In this document: positions 17,396 through 24,268 of the stretch, piece by piece
Position numbering within the stretch: the first letter of the stretch is position 1
Layout: every line of letters begins with the position of its first letter
Origin: Cryobacterium sp. SO2
GTDB lineage: Bacteria > Actinomycetota > Actinomycetes > Actinomycetales > Microbacteriaceae
DNA: 32,000 nucleotides
NCBI RefSeq assembly: GCF_026151165.2
Contig: NZ_CP117849.1
Span: 547,258-579,257, forward strand
Direction: 5' to 3'
Program-made: the position numbers and the translations under genes
Notes under the pieces: model-generated
Databases searched by the model: none
Seen by the model: the letters and a program-made list of their open reading frames with translations, nothing else
Told to the model about the DNA's origin: nothing

Positions 17396-17995
17396 CTACT
17401 GCGCGATGGCGACCGTAAGCTGGTCGCTCGCGGTCTGCTTGGCGTAGGTGGACGACGTGGGCGTCGTCTGGATGAGCAACTCGAAGGTGAACGACAGCGT
17501 GACGCTCGTCGCATCCGCGTCGATGGCCGGCAGCACGAAGGTCTGCCCGTAGCTGTACGGCGCCTTCATGAAGTAGCCGTTGGCCAGATCGGACTCGTCC
17601 ACCAGCGGGGAAGGTGCGTCCAGAGCGCCTGTGGGCCCCGTGACGCCCGGAATGACGCTCACCTTGGACAGGTAGATGGCTTGGCCCTCGTCGGTGCCCA
17701 GCGCGGCGCTGACGGTGAAGCTGATCGGCTTGTTCGCGCCGGCCGTCCAGTCGCCCATGTTCAGCGTCGACGAGTAGTCCACGGTGAGGCCGGCGTCGCC
17801 GGCGGTGATGGTGTGCTGCGCGGAGCCGGTGGCCAGGTCGTTCACGATCGCCTTGAGCGTGGCCTTGGCGGTGGGCGTGGCGGTGGCCTCCTCGCTCAGG
17901 CCGGCCCAGGGCGCCTGCCCGCAGGCGGAGAGGCTGAGCGTCAAAGCGGCGGCAACGGTGAGCGCCGCGAGGCGGTTTCGGGTCGACGTCGGCAT
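17396..17995 (-). CDS. lipoprotein of unknown function (199 aa)
   Basis: ATG 17995 follows AAGGGGA. Signal peptide with lipobox LSLSAC. The mature part looks beta-rich and I recognise no family. The track start at 18040 is upstream read-through. Confidence 0.75.
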   Translation of the reverse strand: MPTSTRNRLAALTVAAALTLSLSACGQAPWAGLSEEATATPTAKATLKAIVNDLATGSAQHTITAGDAGLTVDYSSTLNMGDWTAGANKPISFTVSAALGTDEGQAIYLSKVSVIPGVTGPTGALDAPSPLVDESDLANGYFMKAPYSYGQTFVLPAIDADATSVTLSFTFELLIQTTPTSSTYAKQTASDQLTVAIAQ

Positions 17996-18065
17996 TGAAT
18001 TCCCCTTCTTCAGCACGGCGGGCGTTACTTCTAACGCCATTTCTTGAGCTTATCTTGTGAAAACC

Positions 18066-18096
18066 TTGACACTCGCAGGGGTCAAACCGCATAAAT
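18066..18096 (+). promoter_or_regulatory. candidate sigma-70-type promoter for the GT2 gene
   Basis: TTGACA (18066-18071) lies 18-19 nt before CATAAAT (18090-18096), in the only clearly AT-richer gap of the locus. Confidence 0.3.
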
Positions 18097-18114
18097 CCCT
18101 GCCAGAGTGGGGAT

Positions 18115-19560
18115 GTGAACGAGAGAAACCGCTACGTGAAGCCCGCGCCCGCCATTGACCCGGTGCTCGCTGCCTACGCCAATGAGTTCAACGAGATGGT
18201 TGAAGGCCTGCCCACCTTCCGCCCCACCATCGGTTGCATCATTCCCGCGTACAACGAGGCAGACTCCATCGCGGGGGTTCTCGACTCGCTCCTGGCGCAG
18301 ACGCGCCTCCCCGACGTCATCCACGTGGTGGTCAACAACACGACCGACAACACCATCGAAATCGCCAGCAAGTACGCCGGCCCGCACGAGGTCGTCACCG
18401 ACGGCATCATGCAGTTCACCGAGATCTTCGTGCACGACATCGGCGAGAACCCCGACAAGAAGGTCGGCGCGCTCAACTACGGCTACTCCCTCATCGAGGG
18501 ATGCGACTACCTCCTCGGCGTGGACGGCGACACCACTGCATCCACTAACGCCGTTGAGCAGCTCGAGGCCGAAATCGCCTCAGACTCCCGCGTCGGCGGC
18601 ATCTCGGCCATTTACAGCATCGACGACACCGTGATCCACGGCGTGATCGCCAGCTTCCTGATCTCCGGCCAGCGCGCCCAGTTCGCCGCCTTCAACATGC
18701 AGAACATGCTCCGCGGCCGCAACATGGCCGTGCTCGGCGGCCAGTTCTCGATCTTCGCCACCAAGGCGCTGCGCGAGGTCATGGTCGACAGCCACCAGGC
18801 CACCCCCTGGGTGAAGGACAGCGAGGTGGAGGACTCCCTGCTCTCGCTGCAGATCAAGAGCGCCGGCTACCTCACCAAGATCAGCGCCCAGGCCCGCGCC
18901 AACGTGGGCGGCATGACCACCCTCCGCGGCCTCGACGCCCAGCAGGTGAAGTGGAACTTCGGCGCCATCGAGCTGATGTGGCCGGGCCAGCGTGGTGACA
19001 CGAAGGGCCAGCCGTTCCACCCCAACCTGCGCCTGCGTTGGATCGAGAACTTCTCGATGGTGATCAACGTGGTCACCCGCGTGCTGTTCTTCATCCTGCT
19101 CGCCGCGTCGCTGTCCATCGGAGCGTTCGTCTTCAGCCCGGTCTGGCTCATCCCGCCGGCCGTGGCCCTGCTGCTGAACTTCCGTACCGCGATGTCGATG
19201 AAGAACCGCAACGGCAAGGACATCTTCTTCGCCCTGGGCTTCTTCCCCGCCGAGATCTACATGTGGGTGCGAATCGGCCACTTCCTCCGGGCCTGGACCA
19301 AGTTCGCCAGCAACAAGCAGGTCGACAACTGGGCCGAGCAGGCCAAGGCCGAGCGCGGCTCGGGCAACGCCTACCTCGTTCCGCTGCTGGTGGCCGTCGG
19401 CTTCTCCGCCGCCCTGGTCTTCATCTGGCTGCAGCTGCCCGTCGTCATCCAGTCCACCGTCCTCTGGATCGGCTGGCCGATCCTCGGTGTCACCACGGTG
19501 CTGCAGACGCTCACCATGTTCTTCACCCTCGTCAAGCGTCACCACGGCTACAAGGTGTGA
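18115..19560 (+). CDS. processive family-2 glycosyltransferase / polysaccharide synthase (481 aa)
   Basis: GT-A motifs IIPAYNE, VDGD and VEDS, plus the Q(Q/R)xRW-like QQVKW. Four to five C-terminal TM helices follow. The architecture resembles PgaC/NodC/CslA-type synthases. No PilZ domain is evident. Confidence 0.85.
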   Translation: MNERNRYVKPAPAIDPVLAAYANEFNEMVEGLPTFRPTIGCIIPAYNEADSIAGVLDSLLAQTRLPDVIHVVVNNTTDNTIEIASKYAGPHEVVTDGIMQFTEIFVHDIGENPDKKVGALNYGYSLIEGCDYLLGVDGDTTASTNAVEQLEAEIASDSRVGGISAIYSIDDTVIHGVIASFLISGQRAQFAAFNMQNMLRGRNMAVLGGQFSIFATKALREVMVDSHQATPWVKDSEVEDSLLSLQIKSAGYLTKISAQARANVGGMTTLRGLDAQQVKWNFGAIELMWPGQRGDTKGQPFHPNLRLRWIENFSMVINVVTRVLFFILLAASLSIGAFVFSPVWLIPPAVALLLNFRTAMSMKNRNGKDIFFALGFFPAEIYMWVRIGHFLRAWTKFASNKQVDNWAEQAKAERGSGNAYLVPLLVAVGFSAALVFIWLQLPVVIQSTVLWIGWPILGVTTVLQTLTMFFTLVKRHHGYKV

Positions 19561-19913
19561 GTGTCCACATCGAGGCCACCGCGCTGCGGGCCCTCCTCAC
19601 CCAGATGGGTGGGGACAACGAGATGCAACGACGCTTCGTCCACGACTTCGTGCACCTCTGGCGCAGTCGCACCCAACGGCTGGAGACAGCCCTCGCGTTC
19701 CCGGATGCCGAAGAGGCGCACGTTGTGCTCCTGAGCATCCGCTCGAGCAGCACCATGGTCGGCGCCGTCACGGTGGAGGCCACCGCGGCGATGATGCACG
19801 ACGCGCTGCGCGACGGCGACATCGCCGGGTCGGCCCGGCACATCGGCCGCCTCAACGAGGTCGGCGAGAAGGCCTGCCACGACCTCGCGGTGATGTTCGC
19901 CCTCCAGCGCTAG
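19557..19913 (+). CDS. Hpt-like four-helix protein lacking the canonical phospho-His (118 aa)
   Basis: GTG 19557 overlaps the GT2 stop (GTGTGA). By eye the sequence aligns to the Hpt pattern ...D..EA...aHxLKGSaaxlGA as DAEEAHVVLLSIRSSSTMVGA, with Leu at the His position and a His 4 residues upstream. Confidence 0.55.
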   Translation: MSVHIEATALRALLTQMGGDNEMQRRFVHDFVHLWRSRTQRLETALAFPDAEEAHVVLLSIRSSSTMVGAVTVEATAAMMHDALRDGDIAGSARHIGRLNEVGEKACHDLAVMFALQR

Positions 19914-19938
19914 CCGCCCCCGCCTCCCGCTGGGTTTC

Positions 19939-20335
19939 CGCTGGTCGAGCTTGTCGAGACCCCGTGACGTGCGTATGTGTCGCGAGTTCGGCTCGCCGGG
20001 TCTCGACGGGCTCGACCAGCGGAGGGGTCACCTCCCGCGCAGATGGCCGCGACGTGCTTGCGGTTCGCCCCCACGTCGCTGGTCGAGCTTGCCGAGACCC
20101 CGTGACGTGCGTGTGTGTCGCGAGTTCGGCTCGCCGGGTCTCGACGGGCTCGACCAGCGGAGGGGTCACCTCCCGCGCAGATCGCCGCGACGTGCCTGCG
20201 GTTCGAGCCCATCTCGCTGGTCGAGCTTGTCGAGACCCCGTGACGTGCGCGCGTGTCGCGAGTTCGGCTCACCGGGTCTCGACAGGCTCGACCAGCGGAG
20301 GGGTCACCTCCCGCGCAGAAGGCCGCGCTCAACGG
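19939..20335. repeat. composite family D tandem array, 3 x 138 bp
   Basis: Units start at 19939, 20077 and 20215 and are nearly identical. Each holds 23-nt inverted arms CGCTGGTCGAGCTTGTCGAGACC / GGTCTCGACGGGCTCGACCAGCG and a GGAGG..CCTCC hairpin. Confidence 0.92.
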
Positions 20336-20339
20336 CAAA

Positions 20340-20380
20340 CATCCGCCCCTCGTGATCGAAACGAAGGGCGGATGCTTTCA
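20340..20380. terminator. hairpin terminator candidate between convergent operons
   Basis: CATCCGCCC (20340-20348) pairs with GGGCGGATG (20366-20374). It is followed by CTTTC on the plus strand and TTTGCC on the minus strand. Confidence 0.45.
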
Positions 20381-20401
20381 AATGAATCGGGGCGGCAGCG
20401 C

Positions 20402-21517
20402 CTAGTAGACCTCGCGGCCGGCCTCATCGGATGCGGCCAGCCGGTAGCCGACCCCGCGCACGGTCTCGAGCCAGCGCGGTGAGGTGAGGCTGTCACCGAG
20501 CTTGCGGCGCAGGTTGCTCAAGTGCGCCTCCACGGCCCGCTTGTCGGCCTCGTTCACGTAATACGAGGTCACATAGCTCTCGCCGCGCAGGAGCAGGGCC
20601 AGGTCGGCCTTGGAGCGCACCCGACGCTTGGACTCGAGCAGCGCGGCCAGCAGGTCGAATTCCGTGCGGGTGAGGTCGAGCTCGGTGGACCCGAGCACGG
20701 CCAGGCGCATGTCGTTGCTCAACCGCAGACCGTTGTGTTCCATCCAGTCCTCGGCGCGTCCATCGCCGTAGGCCGAGTCGGATGGCTCGGCGGTGGCGAC
20801 CGGCATGGGTACCGTTACCGAGACCGGCACGGAGGAGAGCGCGGGGATTCCGTCGATGTTGACGGCCGGGGTGGCCGGCACATACGGCGGGATGTAAACG
20901 GGCTCCACCGCGGCCGGCGCGACCGGAGCTGCTGCGGGTGCCTCGACCGGCGGGGCTGCCACGGCCTCGGGCGCAACCTGGGCCACGGGAACCGGAGCAA
21001 CGGGTGCCGGGGCAACGGGCGCAAGGGCGACAGGCGCGGCCGCAACCGGCGCGGGCGCTGGGGGAGCGGCATAAACAGCGGGCGCCGCGGCCGGCTCGGT
21101 CGCCGGCTCGAAGTCGGGCTCGCCGGACAGCGGCATCCGCGGGCGACGCAGCATGGCGTCGATGCGGGCGCGCAGTTCGCGCGGCCGGAACGGCTTGGTG
21201 AGGTAGTCGTCCGCGCCGGCCTCGAGGCCCTGCAGGGTGTCGATCTCCTCGTCGCGTGCGGTCAGCATCACCAGGTACGTGGAGCTGAAGGCTCGGATGC
21301 GCTTGGCGGTTTCGAAACCGTCCATGCCGGGCATGCTCACATCGAGCGTGGTCACAATGGGGTCGTACGCGCGCACAGCGCGCACCCCATCGAGGCCGTT
21401 ACTCGTGGCAATGGCGTCGAATCCGGCCTGTGTGAGCACCGCTTCGAGCAAATGGCGGATGTCGGCATCGTCTTCGATGATCACCGCGACCCTACGTGTT
21501 TCTCCAGACGCTGACAT
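20402..21517 (-). CDS. OmpR-family response regulator with a ~130-aa Pro/Ala/Val-rich interdomain linker (371 aa)
   Basis: ATG 21517. The receiver domain reads VAVIIEDDADIRHLL...LDVSMPGMDG...YLTKPF. The C-terminal winged helix reads LTRTEFDLLAALL...VEAHLSNLRRKL...VRGVGYRL. The track ORF extends into GH6 read-through. Confidence 0.88.
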   Translation of the reverse strand: MSASGETRRVAVIIEDDADIRHLLEAVLTQAGFDAIATSNGLDGVRAVRAYDPIVTTLDVSMPGMDGFETAKRIRAFSSTYLVMLTARDEEIDTLQGLEAGADDYLTKPFRPRELRARIDAMLRRPRMPLSGEPDFEPATEPAAAPAVYAAPPAPAPVAAAPVALAPVAPAPVAPVPVAQVAPEAVAAPPVEAPAAAPVAPAAVEPVYIPPYVPATPAVNIDGIPALSSVPVSVTVPMPVATAEPSDSAYGDGRAEDWMEHNGLRLSNDMRLAVLGSTELDLTRTEFDLLAALLESKRRVRSKADLALLLRGESYVTSYYVNEADKRAVEAHLSNLRRKLGDSLTSPRWLETVRGVGYRLAASDEAGREVY

Positions 21518-21564
21518 ACCTGAGCATCTTACGGGATCTGTGTATCCGCTGCGTAAACGGTGTG

Positions 21565-22566
21565 TTACCAGCCGGCTGAGGCGGCAAGCTGTAGTGCGCG
21601 CTCTTCCCACCACTCGCCGGCCTTGGGGCCGTTGTTGCAGGTGCCGTCGCTCTCGCCCGGCTCCTTGATCCATAGGTTGGCGTCGCGCAGGCCGCCGTCG
21701 GTGGTGACCTCGGCGGTCGTGCCCAGCGCGCGGCCGGGCGGGTTGCACCAGTCGCCGTTGCTGCCCACCCCGTTGCGGGAGGTGTCGACGATGAAGTGCG
21801 CACCGTTGGTGAGAGCGGAGACGGCCTCGCCGAACGCCTGCTCGGCGGGGGAGTCGTTGTAGTTGGAGACGTTGGTGGCGAAGCCGCGCACGTTCTGCAC
21901 GCCCACCTGGTTGAGCAGGTCGGCCACGACCGCGGGCTTCAGCCAGTCGGAGTGGCCGGCGTCGAGGTACACGGTGGCGATGGTGTTCGAGAAGGTGGCG
22001 ATGTCGCCCTGGATCTGCGTCACGCGCTCGGCCACGTTGCCGCACTCCTGGGCCAGCGCCAGGGCATCCGGCTCGAGAATCACGACGGAGGGCCGGCTGG
22101 ACAAGGCCGAGGCGATCGACGAGACCCAGGCCTCGTACTCCCCGGCGGGCAGCCCGCCGGCGGAGTACTGCTTGCAGTCGCGGTCGGGGATGCCGTAGAT
22201 CACGAACACGGGCATCTGGCCGGCGTCTTTCGCCGCATCCGCTATCGCGGCCACGTCGGCCTCGACGGTGTCGGCCGGAAACTTCTCCGGCAGCAACCAG
22301 ATCGCGGATGGCTGCTCGGCGAGCTTGGCCAGCGTGGCGGTGTCCTCGGCGCCGGGGGCGTCCTTCGCTGCGGCGGCCGCGGCCACGTTGGCGGTGGAGG
22401 CCGGGTTGTTGTAGAAGGAGACCCCGGCGAGGGGGTTGTCGGTGGTGCTGGCGGGCGCGACGGCCACCATGGCATAAGAACCGACGAAGAGGCCGAGTAC
22501 AACGATGGGCGCGGCTAGGGCGATCATGCCCAGGGAGAGGCCCAAACGGCGTCCAGTGGAGTCCAT
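21565..22566 (-). CDS. glycoside hydrolase family 6 (endoglucanase-like), N-terminal membrane anchor (333 aa)
   Basis: GH6 blocks IPDRDC, EPDAL, YLDAGHSDW, VDTSRNG and WIKEPGESDG. A single N-terminal hydrophobic helix. It lies 47 bp upstream of the regulator on the same strand. Confidence 0.88.
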   Translation of the reverse strand: MDSTGRRLGLSLGMIALAAPIVVLGLFVGSYAMVAVAPASTTDNPLAGVSFYNNPASTANVAAAAAAKDAPGAEDTATLAKLAEQPSAIWLLPEKFPADTVEADVAAIADAAKDAGQMPVFVIYGIPDRDCKQYSAGGLPAGEYEAWVSSIASALSSRPSVVILEPDALALAQECGNVAERVTQIQGDIATFSNTIATVYLDAGHSDWLKPAVVADLLNQVGVQNVRGFATNVSNYNDSPAEQAFGEAVSALTNGAHFIVDTSRNGVGSNGDWCNPPGRALGTTAEVTTDGGLRDANLWIKEPGESDGTCNNGPKAGEWWEERALQLAASAGW

Positions 22567-22634
22567 TTGGCTACCTTATACTGGCGAGCTGTCGGGTGGC
22601 CTCACCGTCCGGCGGAGCAGCCGGTGGCGCGGGT

Positions 22635-22640
22635 TAGACT
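22635..22640 (+). promoter_or_regulatory. candidate -10 hexamer TAGACT, 6 nt before the mqo GTG (possible leaderless transcript)
   Basis: TAnnnT hexamer at 22635-22640. No Shine-Dalgarno sequence lies before GTG 22647. Confidence 0.25.
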
Positions 22641-22646
22641 CTGAGC

Positions 22647-24125
22647 GTGAATTTACAACCGAAGGTCGATGTCGCCCTGATCGGTGGGGGCATCATGAGC
22701 GCCACTCTCGCCACCCTGCTCAGCGAATTGCAGCCAGACTGGAACATCCAGGTCTACGAGCGCCTGGGCGAGCTCGCCCAGGAGAGTTCGAACCCGTGGA
22801 ACAACGCCGGAACCGGCCATGCCGCGCTTTGCGAGCTCAACTACATGCCGCAGGCGCCCGACGGCTCCGTCACGCCGGAGAAGGCCGTGGCCATCAACGA
22901 GCAGTTCCAGATCAGCCGCCAGCTCTGGGCGCACCTGGTGGAGACCGGCGTGTTGCCCGAGCCGGAGAAGTTCATCAACTCCACCCCGCACATGACCTTC
23001 GTGCACGGCGCCTCCAACGTGGACTACCTGCGCAAGCGCCGTGACGCTCTCGCCGACCAGCCGCTGTTCGCCGGCCTCGAATACAGCGAGGACCCGGCCG
23101 TGATCGGTCAGTGGACGCCGCTGCTCACCAAGAAGCGCGCCGCCAAGCAGAAGATCGCCGCCACCCGCATCGCCTCCGGCACCGACGTGGACTTCGGCGC
23201 CGTCACCCGCTACCTCTTCGACTCGCTCAAGAAGCGTGGCGTGGATGTGCACGTCAACCAGCAGGTCACCTCCCTCAAGCAGCTCGAGGACGGCTCCTGG
23301 CGGCTCAAGCTGCTCAGCCTGGTGGGCCGGTACACCAACACGGTCGAGGCCAAGTTCGTCTTCGTCGGCGCCGGCGGCGGAGCCCTCGCGCTGCTGCAGA
23401 AGAGCGGCATCCCCGAGATCAAGGGCTTCGGCGGTTTCCCGATCAGCGGCCAGTTCCTGCGCACCTCCAACCCGGCGATCGTGGCCCAGCACCAGGCCAA
23501 GGTCTACGGCAAGGCCGCCGTGGGGGCCCCGCCGATGTCGGTGCCGCACCTCGACACCCGGGTAGTGGATGGCGAGACTTCACTTTTGTTCGGCCCGTTC
23601 GCCGGCTTCAGCCCCAAGTTCCTCAAGCGCAGCACCTGGTTCGACCTGCCGTTCTCGGTGCGCCCGCACAACCTGGTGCCGATGCTCGCCGTGGCGAAGA
23701 ACAACTTCGGCCTGATGAAGTACCTGATCGGCGAGGTCTTCGCCTCGCGAAAGGCCAAGCTCGACGCGCTGCGCGAGTTCATGCCCACCGCCCAGGCCAA
23801 GGACTGGGAGCTGATCACCGCCGGGCAGCGCGTGCAGGTGATGAAGAAGGACGCCAAGGCCGGCGGCGTGCTGCAGTTCGGCACCGAGGTCATCACCTCC
23901 GCCGACGGCAGCATCGCGGGCTTGCTCGGGGCGTCACCCGGAGCATCCACCGCGGCGCCGATCATGGTCGACCTGTTGCAGCGCTGTTTCCCGGGGGAGT
24001 ACTCCCGTTGGGAGCCGCGCCTGCGCGAGATGATCCCCAGCCTGGGCACCAAGCTCAGCGACGACCCCGCCGCTGCGGCCGCCTCCCTGGCCGCCACCGC
24101 AGCGACTCTGCACCTCACGGCCTAG
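22647..24125 (+). CDS. mqo: malate:quinone oxidoreductase (492 aa)
   Basis: FAD fold DVALIGGGIMSATLATLL, the block NAGTGHAALCELNY, and full-length similarity to Mqo as I know it. Confidence 0.93.
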   Translation: MNLQPKVDVALIGGGIMSATLATLLSELQPDWNIQVYERLGELAQESSNPWNNAGTGHAALCELNYMPQAPDGSVTPEKAVAINEQFQISRQLWAHLVETGVLPEPEKFINSTPHMTFVHGASNVDYLRKRRDALADQPLFAGLEYSEDPAVIGQWTPLLTKKRAAKQKIAATRIASGTDVDFGAVTRYLFDSLKKRGVDVHVNQQVTSLKQLEDGSWRLKLLSLVGRYTNTVEAKFVFVGAGGGALALLQKSGIPEIKGFGGFPISGQFLRTSNPAIVAQHQAKVYGKAAVGAPPMSVPHLDTRVVDGETSLLFGPFAGFSPKFLKRSTWFDLPFSVRPHNLVPMLAVAKNNFGLMKYLIGEVFASRKAKLDALREFMPTAQAKDWELITAGQRVQVMKKDAKAGGVLQFGTEVITSADGSIAGLLGASPGASTAAPIMVDLLQRCFPGEYSRWEPRLREMIPSLGTKLSDDPAAAAASLAATAATLHLTA

Positions 24126-24133
24126 GTCGCATC

Positions 24134-24188
24134 CGCTGGTCGGGCCTGTCGAGACCTCGCGACAGGATCTCGACAAGCTCGATCAGCG
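24134..24188. repeat. family D single palindromic copy
   Basis: CGCTGGTCGGGCCTGTCGAGA ... TCTCGACAAGCTCGATCAGCG, immediately after the mqo stop. Confidence 0.8.
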
Positions 24189-24268
24189 AGTGGTCGGAAT
24201 ACTCAGCCGCGCTCGGAGCTTTCGTTCAGGGTGACCTCTAGAAACGACACCCGGGCCCTGGCCATCCG

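Noticed and set aside
20195-20215. GGTTCGAGCCC inside repeat unit 2, which resembles a tRNA T-arm or an att-site remnant.
   Set aside because: The flanking bases cannot form a T-stem or acceptor stem. Unit 1 has GGTTCGCCCCC at the same place, so this is simply a variant of the repeat.
19939-20335. A possible CRISPR array (also considered for 3003-3113).
   Set aside because: The units are head-to-tail with no unique spacers between them. The 138-bp period and internal palindromes fit a minisatellite or REP-like composite, and no cas genes are present.
19951-20355. A 134-aa ORF running through the 138-bp repeats. The period is a multiple of 3, so it could in principle encode a repeat protein.
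   Set aside because: The composition is Arg/Pro/Cys-rich, typical of non-coding frames, with no RBS. The same repeat core is non-coding at three other loci.
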